Below are positions 21,003-30,898 of a stretch of 42,130 bases of DNA, in pieces. The notes under the pieces are model-generated. The model did no database searches and was not told the DNA's origin. It saw only the letters and a program-made list of their open reading frames with translations. Origin of the DNA: Myxococcota bacterium. GTDB taxonomy: Bacteria; Myxococcota; JACRCW01. Numbering within the stretch: position 1 is the first letter of the stretch; every line of letters starts with the position of its first letter. Location: positions 1-42,130 of the forward strand of contig JBFMGU010000071.1 in the NCBI GenBank assembly GCA_040752415.1, given 5' to 3'. Both the position numbers and the translations under genes were made by a program.

Positions 21003-22658
21003 ATGGCCATCACGTTGGATGAGCGGAAACTCAACGAGATTGTCGAGCGCGTGGTGGAGAAGCTGGCGCCCGCGGTGGGAGCCAAGGTGGTCCCCGCCAC
21101 CAGCCCCAGCGCCACGCCGGCCCGACCCGGCAGCGCCTGCGCGCCCACGCCGCCCACCATCGTGGTGCCGGCGGACGGCGGCGGCGGCGGCTACCAGGGT
21201 GGCAGCTACAAGGCGCCCAAGAAGGGCGAGCGCGGCGACTACCTGGCGCACGACACCGTGCACCGCACGCCGCTCCCCCCGGTGCAGACCTACAGCCGCT
21301 CCGACGAGGCGGAGATCCACCGTCGCGCTCCCGCGGTGGGGCACAGCCGTCCCGGCGTCTTTGGTGACATGGACCAGGCCGTGGCGGCGGCGCGTGAGGC
21401 GCACGTCCAGATCGTCCACAACTACCGCGTGGAGGACCGGGTCCGGTTCATCAACGCCATCCGCGCCCGCGCCCGTGGCCTCATCCCGCAGATGAGCAAG
21501 ATGGCCGTGGAGGAGACCGGCCTGGGTCGTTACGAGGACAAGCTGCAGAAGAACGCGTGCGTGGTGGAGAAGACCCCCTCCGTGGAGATGCTGCGGCCGG
21601 ACGCCTACACCGGTGACGACGGGCTGGCGCTGATGGAGCGCGCGCCCTTTGGCGTGATTGGCGCCATCACCCCCACCACGAATCCCACCGAGACGGTGAT
21701 GAACAACGCCATCTGCATGATCAGCGGTGGCAACTCGGTGGTGTTCAACACGCATCCCTCGGCCAAGGGCGTGTGCCGTTGGCTCATCGAGGAGCTGAAC
21801 CACGCGGTGCTGGATGCCGGCGGTCCGCCCAACCTGCTCTCCTGCATTGCCGAGCCCACCATCGAGAGTGCGCAGAAGCTGATGAAGCACCCGGGCGTGC
21901 GCCTGGTGGTGGTGACCGGCGGTCCCGCCGTGGTTGCGCAGGCCATGCAGAGCGGCAAGCGCGCGGTGTGCGCGGGTCCGGGCAATCCGCCCGTGGTGGT
22001 CGACGAGACGGCCGACCTGGAGCGCGCGGCGCGCGGCGTGGTGGCAGGCGCGAGCATTGACAACAACATCGTCTGCATCGCGGAGAAGGAGCTGATTGTG
22101 GTCCGCGACGTGGCCGACGCGCTGAAGCGCCTGCTGGAGAAGAACGGCGCGGCCATCATGTCCGACGCGGACATCCAGAAGCTGGAACGCGTGGTGCTGA
22201 CCAAGGACGGCCACGTCAACAAGGAATGGGTGGGCAAGGACGCGGCGAGGATTGCCGACGCCATCGGTCGTCGCGTGCCCACGGAGACGCGCCTGCTGCT
22301 GTGCGAGGTGGATGAGAAGCATCCCTTTGTGCAGGAGGAGCTGCTGATGCCGGTGTTCCCCATGTTCCGCGCGGAAGACGCCGACGCCGCCATCGAGGCC
22401 GCGGTGCGCGTGGAGCACGGCTTTGGCCACACCGCGGTGATGTACTCCACCAACATCGACAACCTGCACAAGATGGCGCGCGCGGTGAACACGTCCATCT
22501 TCGTGAAGAACGGGCCCTGCTACAACGGCATTGGCATGGGCGGTGAAGGCTGGACCAGCTGGACCATTGCCAGCCCCACCGGCGAGGGCCTCACCACGCC
22601 GCGCACTTTCACGCGTGAGCGTCGCTGCACCATCAAGGACAGCTTCCGTATTGTCTGA
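21003..22658 (+). CDS. CoA-acylating aldehyde dehydrogenase (EutE/PduP family) with N-terminal encapsulation peptide
   Basis: EETGLGRYEDK, PFGVIGAITPTTNPTET, TGGPAVV, AGPGNPPVVVDETAD, catalytic NNIVCIAEKE, ELLMPV, IASPTGEG; amphipathic LNEIVERVVEKL N-terminus. Confidence 0.96.
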   Translation: MAITLDERKLNEIVERVVEKLAPAVGAKVVPATSPSATPARPGSACAPTPPTIVVPADGGGGGYQGGSYKAPKKGERGDYLAHDTVHRTPLPPVQTYSRSDEAEIHRRAPAVGHSRPGVFGDMDQAVAAAREAHVQIVHNYRVEDRVRFINAIRARARGLIPQMSKMAVEETGLGRYEDKLQKNACVVEKTPSVEMLRPDAYTGDDGLALMERAPFGVIGAITPTTNPTETVMNNAICMISGGNSVVFNTHPSAKGVCRWLIEELNHAVLDAGGPPNLLSCIAEPTIESAQKLMKHPGVRLVVVTGGPAVVAQAMQSGKRAVCAGPGNPPVVVDETADLERAARGVVAGASIDNNIVCIAEKELIVVRDVADALKRLLEKNGAAIMSDADIQKLERVVLTKDGHVNKEWVGKDAARIADAIGRRVPTETRLLLCEVDEKHPFVQEELLMPVFPMFRAEDADAAIEAAVRVEHGFGHTAVMYSTNIDNLHKMARAVNTSIFVKNGPCYNGIGMGGEGWTSWTIASPTGEGLTTPRTFTRERRCTIKDSFRIV

Positions 22659-22681
22659 CGCTGCAGGCCCCTGAAGCGCCC

Positions 22682-23236
22682 ATGACCGAGAACCCCGCGC
22701 TGGCACTGATCGAGGTGGGCTCTTTGAGCCGCGCCTACGTTGTGCTGGACGCGGTGGTGAAGAAGGCACCCGTCACCGTGGTGCAATACGCGGAGGTCTC
22801 TCCGGGGAAGACCATCCTGGTCATGGTGGGCCAGGTCTCGTCGGTGGAGGAGTCGCTGGAGGAGGCGCGCGTGCGCAGCGCGGAAGCCCTCCTGGACCAC
22901 CTCATCCTTCCCGCGGTGCATCCCGGCGTGGTGGCGGCGCTGCAGGGCAAGCCGGTGGTGCAGGACGTGGTGGCGCTGGGCGTGCTGGAGACAAATACCG
23001 CCGCCGCCGCCGTGCGCGCCTCCGACGCGGGACTGAAGGCCGCGGAGGTGTGGCTCATCAAGCTGCGCCTCGCCGCCGGCATCGGCGGCAAGGGACTCGC
23101 CCTCTTCACCGGCCCGCTCGCCGACGTGGAAGCAGCGCTGGACGCAGCACAGGAGGCAGCGGGAGCGGAGGGGTTCCTGGGTCGGGAGCTGATTCCACAA
23201 CCGCACCCGGAGATCGTCGGCCGCTTCACCGGGTGA
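22682..23236 (+). CDS. BMC-T(s) PduT-like tandem-domain shell protein
   Basis: ALALIEVGSLSRA..LDAVVKKA, SPGK, ALGVLET, LRLAAGIGGKG, IPQPH. Confidence 0.93.
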   Translation: MTENPALALIEVGSLSRAYVVLDAVVKKAPVTVVQYAEVSPGKTILVMVGQVSSVEESLEEARVRSAEALLDHLILPAVHPGVVAALQGKPVVQDVVALGVLETNTAAAAVRASDAGLKAAEVWLIKLRLAAGIGGKGLALFTGPLADVEAALDAAQEAAGAEGFLGRELIPQPHPEIVGRFTG

Positions 23237-23475
23237 GCTCGTTATCGACGACAGCAGCCGAATCCGCTCGGGAAGCCACGCTCCGCCTCCAGCCCGCGTT
23301 GTGCGCTCCCTCACGCATTCCCACCGACCGCCAGACGATGGAACCGCATCCCCACCGTCTGATTACTTGACCCCCGCGTATTGCCGGCAAATGCTCGGTG
23401 TGTGATCCGCCATCCCACGTGGCGCATTCCGCCTCGAGCGAACCGATGACCAATCCCAACGGCACCAAGGAGAAC

Positions 23476-25182
23476 ATGGCCACGCCGGTGGAGGAGGACG
23501 TGGTGCTGGGCGACACGCCGGCGCTGCCCGCGCCCGGTCGCGCGGCGGTGGAGCTGCCCGAGGGCGGCACGGAGTGGGACGTCTCCATTGAGAGCGTGGC
23601 GGTTCCCATCGAGGCACTGGACCGCGGCGCGGCCATTCCGGCATTGCCCTCGTCGCGGACGCCGCCGCCGTCGGCAACCCCTGCCCCTTCGGCCAGTGCG
23701 GTGGCAGCCGCGGTTGGCGCGGAGCAGTCCACCGCGCGCCTCCTGGCCGACGCCCTCTCCGCGCGCGCCGCGGCGGAACGGGACAAGCTGGGCGCCGAGC
23801 AGCGCGCCACGGAAGCGGAGCGCAAGGCCCGTGAGGCGGAGAAGCGCGCGACGGAGGGCAGCCTCAGCGCGGAAGAGCTGAAGAAGCGCCTGGCCGCTGC
23901 CGAGGAGCGCGAGCGGCAGCTGACGGCCCAGCTGGCGGGAAACGGAGGGGCCAGCGCGGAGCGGGAGCTGCGGTCCCTGCGCGAGGAGCTTGAGTCCACC
24001 AAGGCCACGCTGGAGGAGAACTTCCAGGAGCTGGCGCAGCTGCGGGTGAAGCTGAGGCGGACGGAGGAGGACCTCGGGTCGCAGCAGAGCGGCTCCGAGG
24101 CCAGCGCCGCCGAGCTCCAGGCCGCGGAGCGGGCACGCGAGGATGCCGAAGCGCGGACGGCGGCGGTGCGCGCGGAGAAGGACGCGGTGGCGTCCCAGTT
24201 GGCGGCCGTGCAGGCGGAGAAGACCACGCTGGCCGAGCAGCTGGCGGCGCTGCAGGCCGAGAAGACCGCGTTCACCGAGCAGCTCACCGCGGCCATGTCG
24301 CAGCTGACCTCGCTGACCACCCAGATGGCCAACCTCCAGGCGGAGCGCGACGCCCTCAAGACGCAGCTCACCTCCCGCCAGTCCGAGCTGGCCACGTTGA
24401 TCACGCAGACCATGGCCTCGGAGGCGGAGCGCGCGGGCCAGATCGCCGCGCTGCGTTCAGAGCTGGAGGAAGCGCGCCAGGGCGCCGGAAATGCCGCCGC
24501 CACGCAGGAGATGGAGGCGGAGCTCCGGAAGCTGCGCGGCGAGCTGGACGCCCTGCGCCAGGACAAGGAGGCGGTGGGCGCGCGCGCGGAGATTGCGCAG
24601 CTCGACGCCACGCAGGTTCGCCAGGAGATCACGACGCTCACCGACGAGCTCCAGCGGGTGCGCACCGAGCTGCAGCACGAGCAGCAGGCGCGCGTGGCGT
24701 TGGAGTCCAGCCACGTGGCGGCGCTGGAGTCCCTGGATCGGGAGCGCAAGGCGGCCGCGCAGGAGAACGAGGCGCTGGGCAGCCTGCTCCTCCGCGCCGA
24801 GGAGGAGGCCAGCCGCGGCTCCGTGGAGCTGGCCAGCGCGCAGAACCGGCTCCAGGAGGCCGTCCGCGCCCTGGAGCGTGAGACGCTGGAGACCGCCAAG
24901 ATCAAGAAGCAGCTCACCGAGCTGGATGCCGAGCGGAAGGACGCGCTGGAGAAGCTGCGCAAGGCCGACCGCGAAGCGAAGGTGCTGGCCAAGGAGGTGG
25001 AGACGCTCAACGAGCAGCTCAAGAACTCCCGCAGCCTCACCCCGGGCCCGCAACCCGCGCCCGCCAGCGGCGAGACCAACCTGGGCGAGGAGCTTGCCAA
25101 GGCGCAGCGTCGGCTTTCCCAGTACGGTGAAGAGATCAAGCGCCTGCGCGCCGAGCTGGCCGCGGTGGGTCGCGACGCCTGA
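23476..25182 (+). CDS. Long coiled-coil protein with an acidic/Pro-rich disordered N-terminus
   Basis: AAGGAG RBS before ATG 23476; >450 aa of E/A/L/R/Q heptads including a 14-aa repeat QLAAxQAEKTxxxE. Confidence 0.85.
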   Translation: MATPVEEDVVLGDTPALPAPGRAAVELPEGGTEWDVSIESVAVPIEALDRGAAIPALPSSRTPPPSATPAPSASAVAAAVGAEQSTARLLADALSARAAAERDKLGAEQRATEAERKAREAEKRATEGSLSAEELKKRLAAAEERERQLTAQLAGNGGASAERELRSLREELESTKATLEENFQELAQLRVKLRRTEEDLGSQQSGSEASAAELQAAERAREDAEARTAAVRAEKDAVASQLAAVQAEKTTLAEQLAALQAEKTAFTEQLTAAMSQLTSLTTQMANLQAERDALKTQLTSRQSELATLITQTMASEAERAGQIAALRSELEEARQGAGNAAATQEMEAELRKLRGELDALRQDKEAVGARAEIAQLDATQVRQEITTLTDELQRVRTELQHEQQARVALESSHVAALESLDRERKAAAQENEALGSLLLRAEEEASRGSVELASAQNRLQEAVRALERETLETAKIKKQLTELDAERKDALEKLRKADREAKVLAKEVETLNEQLKNSRSLTPGPQPAPASGETNLGEELAKAQRRLSQYGEEIKRLRAELAAVGRDA

Positions 25183-25188
25183 CCCGCG

Positions 25189-25491
25189 TCAGGTTCCCGG
25201 TGACAACGAGGCCAACGCCGCGTCGGGCTGCACGCCCGTGGCCCGCACCCGCTTGTGCTTGGAGGTCTGCCCCGCCACCAGCTCCACCGACGAGCGTGGC
25301 ACCTTCAGCGCCTTGGCCAGGAAGCTGATGAGCTCCAGGTTGGCCTCCCCGTCGACGGGCGGCGCGGCCAGCTGGATGGCCAGCGCGTCACCGTGCACGC
25401 CCGTGATGCGGGTGCGCGAGGCGCGTGGCTTGACGTAGACGGAGATGGTGACGCCGTGCGCGTCAGCGGTGAGCCAGCTGGGGTTGGCCAT
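25189..25491 (-). CDS. yggU: DUF167 (YggU) family protein
   Basis: VYVKPRASR, LAAPPVDGEAN, GQTSKHK. Confidence 0.93.
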   Translation of the reverse strand: MANPSWLTADAHGVTISVYVKPRASRTRITGVHGDALAIQLAAPPVDGEANLELISFLAKALKVPRSSVELVAGQTSKHKRVRATGVQPDAALASLSPGT

Positions 25492-25500
25492 GGCCGGCGC

Positions 25501-26067
25501 TCAGCGACGTGGCGCGCCGCCAGCGGCTTCCGCGGGGGCGGGCGCGTCATTCTCCACGGGACGCGGGCCCTTGCGGGAGAGGACCTTCAGCTTCTCCTCG
25601 ATGTTGCGGGTATCCGCCTCATCCTCCTCGTTCACCTCCAGCAGCTTCATGTGCGTGCCCAGCACGCCGCGGAGGTTCTCACGCAGGAGCGCGCGCTGGC
25701 GCTTGAGCTCGTGGATGTCGTCGATGATGGAGATGAGGCGCTGGTGCGCGTTCTGGAGGATCTTCTCCGCCTCCAGCTCCGCCTGTCCCACGACGATCTC
25801 CGCGTCCTTGCGGGCCGCGTGCTTGATGTCGTCGGTGATCTTCTGGGCGGTGATCATGGTCTCCTTGAGCGCCTGCTCACGCTCACGGAACTGGTCCAGC
25901 ATGTTGCGCGCCCGGCGGAGCTCCTCCTTGAGGTCGTGGTTCTCCCGGACCAGGGCTTCCACCTCACTGGCCACCAGGTTGAGGAACGCATCCACCTCCG
26001 CGCGGTCCAGGCCGCGCCAGACGCTGCGGAAACGCTGCTGCTGGATGTCCAGGGGAGTGATCTTCAT
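25501..26067 (-). CDS. DivIVA domain coiled-coil protein
   Basis: MKITPLDIQQQRF...RGLDRAEVDAFL DivIVA N-terminal motif; next to yggU as is common in Deltaproteobacteria. Confidence 0.92.
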   Translation of the reverse strand: MKITPLDIQQQRFRSVWRGLDRAEVDAFLNLVASEVEALVRENHDLKEELRRARNMLDQFREREQALKETMITAQKITDDIKHAARKDAEIVVGQAELEAEKILQNAHQRLISIIDDIHELKRQRALLRENLRGVLGTHMKLLEVNEEDEADTRNIEEKLKVLSRKGPRPVENDAPAPAEAAGGAPRR

Positions 26068-26167
26068 GCGGCCGTCCCGCGCGTGGGGCTCCATGCGGGC
26101 CCGCCACGCAAGTGAAGCGGGATGCTAGCAACGCCCAGGCCGGGCGGGTAGTTTTCGGCCGTTTTCC

Positions 26168-28009
26168 TCAGACCTTCTTGCTCACGGCGCCCTTGATGAG
26201 GCTGAGGGTGCGCGCCAGCGGCTCCATCACCTCCGGCATGGCCTCCGCCTGACCCGTGGCAATGGCGCCCTTGGCCTTGTCCATGGCGGCCTTGGCCTTG
26301 CGCAGCGTCTCCTGGCCCAGCGCGTTGCCGGCAAACGCGGCCTCCGCCTGCGGCCAGAGGCGGTCCAGGTCCCGCAGCATGCGCTCCGCGTCCACGCGCG
26401 CCTTCTCGAACTCCTCCTTGCTGCGCGCGGCCACGGCCAGGTCCTTGTTGTCGGCCATGATGCGCTTGAGCTCCTCCTCCGTGAGCGAGCTGCTGGCCGT
26501 GACGACGATGGACTGCTGCTTCCCGGTGTCCTTGTCCTTGGCGCTCACCGAGACGATACCGTCGGCGCTGATGTCGAACGTGACATCCACCTCGACCACG
26601 CCACGCGCCGCCTCCCGCAGCCCGGTGAGCAGGAACTCCCCCAGCACCTCGTTCTGCTCCGCCTTGGGGCTGTTGCCCTGCAGGATGACGATCTTGACCT
26701 GCGTCTGGTTGTCCTTGGCGGTGGTGAAGGTGTGGCTGGCGCTGGTGGGGACGGTGGAGTTGGCCTCGATGAGCGTCTTGGCGTAGCCGCCCGCCACCAT
26801 GATGCCCAGATTGTGCGGCGTGACGTCCAAAAGGAGCATGTCGCTCTTCTGGCCGTGCTCCTGGGTGAGCAACGCGGCGCCCTGCACTGCCGCGCCCAGC
26901 GCCACCACCTCATCCGGGTGCACGCCCTTGCACGGCGGACGCTTGAAGAACTGCTCCACGCGCTTCTGCACCAGCGGCATGCGCGTCTGCCCGCCCACCA
27001 GCACCACCTCGTGGATGTCGCTGGGCTTGAGCTCGGCGTCGCGGAGGGCCTGGTCGGTGATCTGGATGCAACGGTCCACCAGGTCCCCGGTGAGCTCCTC
27101 CAGCTTGGCGCGCGTGAGGGTGGCCTGCAGGTGCAACGCCTCCGACGAGCCTTGCGGGCTGATGATGAACGGCAGGTTGATGGTGGTGCTCTCCAGCGTG
27201 CTGAGCTCGCACTTGGCGGTCTCCGCCGCGTCCTTGAGGCGCTGCAGGGCCATGCGATCCTGGCGCAGGTCGATCTTGTGGTCCTTCATGAAGCCGAAGC
27301 AGAGCCACTCGATGATGCGCTGATCGAAATCCTCACCGCCCAGGTACGTGTCGCCCGCGGCGCAGATGACCTCGAAGACGCCCTGGCCGATCTCCAGCAC
27401 GCTGACGTCGAACGTGCCGCCGCCGAGGTCGAACACGATGATCTTCTGGTCGACGTTCTTGCCGAACCCGTAGGCCAGCGCGGCGGCCGTGGGCTCATTG
27501 ATCATGCGGATGACGTCGAGACCGGCGATCTTGCCGGCGTCCTTGGTGGCCTGGCGCTGGCCGTCATTGAAGTAGGCGGGGATGGTGATGACCGCCTTCT
27601 CCACCGGCTCCCCCAGCGCCTCCTCCGCCACGCTCTTCATCTCGGAGAGCACCGCGGCGCTGATCTCCGGGACGCTGTACTGGCGGTCCCGCAGCTCGAT
27701 GCGCACGTCGCCGTGGGGGCCTTCCACCAGCTTGTAGCTGAAGGTCTCCTTGGCGCTCTCCACCGCGGGATGGCCCCACTTGCGACCAATCACGCGCTTG
27801 GCGGCGTAGACGGTGTTGGCGGCGTTGGTGATGGCCTGACGCTTGGCAATGTGGCCCACCAGGCGACGGCCGTTCTCCGCCACCGCCACGACGGAGGGCG
27901 TGGTCTTGTAGCCACCCTTGTTGGGGATGACGCGGGGACTTCCGCCGTCGACGATGGCCACACAGCTGTTGGTGGTCCCCAGGTCGATCCCGATGACACG
28001 CTCACCCAT
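26168..28009 (-). CDS. dnaK: Hsp70/DnaK-family chaperone (paralogue with a divergent C-terminal lid)
   Basis: [52 protein letters not shown]. Confidence 0.93.
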   Translation of the reverse strand: MGERVIGIDLGTTNSCVAIVDGGSPRVIPNKGGYKTTPSVVAVAENGRRLVGHIAKRQAITNAANTVYAAKRVIGRKWGHPAVESAKETFSYKLVEGPHGDVRIELRDRQYSVPEISAAVLSEMKSVAEEALGEPVEKAVITIPAYFNDGQRQATKDAGKIAGLDVIRMINEPTAAALAYGFGKNVDQKIIVFDLGGGTFDVSVLEIGQGVFEVICAAGDTYLGGEDFDQRIIEWLCFGFMKDHKIDLRQDRMALQRLKDAAETAKCELSTLESTTINLPFIISPQGSSEALHLQATLTRAKLEELTGDLVDRCIQITDQALRDAELKPSDIHEVVLVGGQTRMPLVQKRVEQFFKRPPCKGVHPDEVVALGAAVQGAALLTQEHGQKSDMLLLDVTPHNLGIMVAGGYAKTLIEANSTVPTSASHTFTTAKDNQTQVKIVILQGNSPKAEQNEVLGEFLLTGLREAARGVVEVDVTFDISADGIVSVSAKDKDTGKQQSIVVTASSSLTEEELKRIMADNKDLAVAARSKEEFEKARVDAERMLRDLDRLWPQAEAAFAGNALGQETLRKAKAAMDKAKGAIATGQAEAMPEVMEPLARTLSLIKGAVSKKV

Positions 28010-28042
28010 GAACACTCCAGGCCCTTCCGAGGTGCGATGGCA

Positions 28043-29260
28043 TCATAACTGCCGACGGAGCTGTTTGAGACGTTCCTGTCGCTCCGGGTTGGGGTGGAGC
28101 TGGACCAGCTTCTCCAGCATGCGGATGGCGTTGAGGGTCATCCCCGCGCCCTCGTAGACGTCCACCATGAGGGTCAACGTCCGCGCGTCCTCGGGCGCCA
28201 TGCGCAGGGCACGGTCGGCGGGCTCCCGGGCGGCCTTCAACTGCTTGGACTGCAACAGCAGCCGACCCAGCCGCACGTAGACCATGAAGTCCTGGCTCTC
28301 CAGCTCCAACGCCTGCTTCACCGTGCTCTGCACCACCTCCTCGTCCACCGTGCCGGCGTGCAGCATGGCCTCTGCCTGGGCCACCAGCCGCGTCATCTTC
28401 TCCGCGCGGATGTCCGCCTGGATCTTCTGCTGCAGCTCACGCAGCGTTGGGTCCACCGGGTCCTGCGCCACGGCGAGCGCAATCTCGTTGGCGGCGGCGG
28501 CCAGCTGCTTCTGGGCGTACAGCTCCTGCGCGCGCTGCTGGTGCCGCTTGGCGCGGGTGAGCCGCTGCATCATGGGATTGCGTCGCAGCCGGCGCTCCTC
28601 CATCTCCTTGCGACGCTTGGGGTCCATGGCCCAGGAGCGCAGCTCGGCGGCACGCTTCAGGGCGGCGGCGTCCTCCTCGAACATCACGGTGGCGTCGTAC
28701 CTGGCGCGTTCCCGCGGATCCCCCAGGACGTCATACGCCGTCTTCAGGTGGCGGAAGATGCGGTCCAGCATGGGCTTGAAGCTGCCCAGGTTCTTGCGGA
28801 AGTAGGTGTCGGGGTGGAACTCCTTGGAGAGCTGCTGGTAGGCGCGCTTGACCTCCATGACCGAGGCCTGCCGCACCACGCCGAGCACCGCGTAGTGATG
28901 CTTGTGCGCGCAGAGGTGGTCCATGGTCTTGAGGCGGAGGCGTTGCTCCTGGGTGAGGTCCACCTTCTCGGTACGCTCCTCGGGCGTGAGCTCCACCAGG
29001 TCTTCCTCGTCCTCCTCGGCGGCGAGGCCCTGCGCGGGAGCGGAGGCACCCATGGAAATGGCCTGCAGGCGGAGGAGCTTCTCCAGGGCATCCTGCACGG
29101 ACCGCTCCGGGAGACCGGTGGCGGTCATGAGCTCCTTGACGGTGGTGTGGCCGTCGACGCGCGAGAGCACGAAGCCCTCCTCCGCCGACAACGGCAATCG
29201 GCTGATATCCAGGCCAGCACGCTGGGTGGGCACGTCGGTGGGCTTGAAGGCGGTGGGCAC
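28043..29260 (-). CDS. J-domain co-chaperone with N-terminal winged-helix-like and C-terminal TPR regions (start uncertain, 29260 or 29308)
   Basis: HYAVLGV...VKRAYQQLSKEFHPD...AYDVLGDPRERARYD; EGFVLSRVDG motif. Confidence 0.9.
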   Translation of the reverse strand: MPTAFKPTDVPTQRAGLDISRLPLSAEEGFVLSRVDGHTTVKELMTATGLPERSVQDALEKLLRLQAISMGASAPAQGLAAEEDEEDLVELTPEERTEKVDLTQEQRLRLKTMDHLCAHKHHYAVLGVVRQASVMEVKRAYQQLSKEFHPDTYFRKNLGSFKPMLDRIFRHLKTAYDVLGDPRERARYDATVMFEEDAAALKRAAELRSWAMDPKRRKEMEERRLRRNPMMQRLTRAKRHQQRAQELYAQKQLAAAANEIALAVAQDPVDPTLRELQQKIQADIRAEKMTRLVAQAEAMLHAGTVDEEVVQSTVKQALELESQDFMVYVRLGRLLLQSKQLKAAREPADRALRMAPEDARTLTLMVDVYEGAGMTLNAIRMLEKLVQLHPNPERQERLKQLRRQL

Positions 29261-29452
29261 GGTGCTTCTTCTCGGAGGCTGGTGGACACCATACACCGGT
29301 CCGCGCATTTTTTAGCACTGTCCGATCCCCCCATCGGCCTCTTCACGGACGTCGTGTCGGGGGCATTGCCAGCGGGGCGGGACGGGCTCTAGGTGCGGGG
29401 GACCCTCCCGGGCTCAGCCGAGCCGTGCAACCTGGGGGAGGACGCGGGTCCC

Positions 29453-30898
29453 ATGGCCGTTCGACGTCGACAAACCGAAGGTCCCGAGGCCCACCCCCTG
29501 GAGCTGGGGCCGGCCGCCATGCGCCAGATGGTGAAGCTGGCCATGGACCGGATTGTGGACCACGTGCGCACGCTTCCGGAGCAGCCCATGCACGCCACGG
29601 CGGGCGGGCGGAAGCTGGCGGCGCTGCTACGGGAGCCGCTACCGGATCGGGGTCAACCCTATGAAAGGCTATTGCGCCAGCTCTTTGGCCGAATCATCCC
29701 AGCCAGCCTCAACACCGCCAGCCCTGGCTACCTGGCGTACATCCCCGGGGGCGGCATCTTCCACGCGGCGGTGGCGGACCTCATTGCCGACGCGGTGAAC
29801 CGCTACGTGGGCGTGTGGCTGGCCGCGCCGGGGCTGGCCCAGATCGAGAGCAACGTGGTGGACTGGTTCCGCGCGCTGGCCGGCTTCCCCGACGAAGGAG
29901 GCGGGGTGCTGACCACCGGTGGCTCCATGGCCAACCTCATGGCGGTCATCACCGCCCGACGGGAGCGGCTCCCGGAGAACTTCCTCTCCGGCGTGCTCTA
30001 CACCTCCGACCAGGCACACCACTCCGTGGCCAAGGCGGCCATGCTGGCCGGTTTCCCCTCCCGCAACGTACGCGCCCTCCCCTCCGACGAGAGCTTCCGC
30101 ATCCGCGTGGACGCGTTGGAGGACGCGGTGGCTTCGGACCGTCGCGCGGGGCTGACGCCGTTCATGCTGGTGGGGAGCGCGGGGACCACCAACACCGGCG
30201 CGGTGGATGACCTGCGCGCGCTGGCCGAGGTGGCGCAGCGGGAGGGTCTGTGGTTCCACGTTGACGCGGCCTATGGCGGATTCTTCCTGCTGACCGAGCG
30301 CGGGCGCGCGCGCATGGACGGCATTGAACGCGCCGACAGCGTGACGCTGGACCCGCACAAGGGGCTATTCCTGCCCTATGGAACCGGCTCACTGATCGTG
30401 CGGGACCGGGAGGCGCTGCGACGGGCGCACCGGGTGGAAGCGGCATACCTTCCGCCGTCGCAGACGGATCCGGAACTCGTGGACTTCGCGGATCTTTCGC
30501 CGGAGTTGAGCCGGGACCTGCGCGGGCTCCGGATCTGGCTGCCCTTCAAGATGCACGGCGCGGGCGTCTTCCGGGACGCGCTCGACGAGAAACTGAGCCT
30601 GGCCGCGGAGCTGGCCATGGAACTGGGGGAGATGCCGGAGCTGGAGCTGGTGGCGCCACCGCAACTCTCGCTGTTGGCCTTCCGGCTCCGCCGGCCCGGG
30701 CTCTCCGACGAGGAACGCGACGCGCTGGGACGGAGGCTCATGTCCGCGGTGAACCAGCGACAGCGGGTGTTGCTGACAGGCACCGTGACGCATGGGACGT
30801 TCCTCATCCGCGTCTGCGTGCTCTCCTTCCGCACCCACCGCGACCGGATGCAGATGTGCCTGGAGGACATCCGCCACGCGCTGAAGGAGATTCAGTAG
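29453..30898 (+). CDS. Group II PLP-dependent amino-acid decarboxylase (aromatic L-amino-acid decarboxylase-like)
   Basis: GGSMAN, SDQAHHSV, AGTTNTGAVD, HVDAAYGG, DPHK Schiff-base lysine. Confidence 0.93.
   Translation: MAVRRRQTEGPEAHPLELGPAAMRQMVKLAMDRIVDHVRTLPEQPMHATAGGRKLAALLREPLPDRGQPYERLLRQLFGRIIPASLNTASPGYLAYIPGGGIFHAAVADLIADAVNRYVGVWLAAPGLAQIESNVVDWFRALAGFPDEGGGVLTTGGSMANLMAVITARRERLPENFLSGVLYTSDQAHHSVAKAAMLAGFPSRNVRALPSDESFRIRVDALEDAVASDRRAGLTPFMLVGSAGTTNTGAVDDLRALAEVAQREGLWFHVDAAYGGFFLLTERGRARMDGIERADSVTLDPHKGLFLPYGTGSLIVRDREALRRAHRVEAAYLPPSQTDPELVDFADLSPELSRDLRGLRIWLPFKMHGAGVFRDALDEKLSLAAELAMELGEMPELELVAPPQLSLLAFRLRRPGLSDEERDALGRRLMSAVNQRQRVLLTGTVTHGTFLIRVCVLSFRTHRDRMQMCLEDIRHALKEIQ

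Noticed and set aside
22682..23236. Fe-S cluster-binding PduT
   Set aside because: The protein contains no Cys; the pore position reads EVSPGK.
29453..30898. PLP decarboxylase as the aldehyde-producing signature enzyme of the BMC
   Set aside because: It lies 6 kb away beyond unrelated genes and has no evident encapsulation peptide. It keeps the catalytic-loop Tyr (AAYLP) and His (QAHHS) of true decarboxylases rather than aldehyde synthases.
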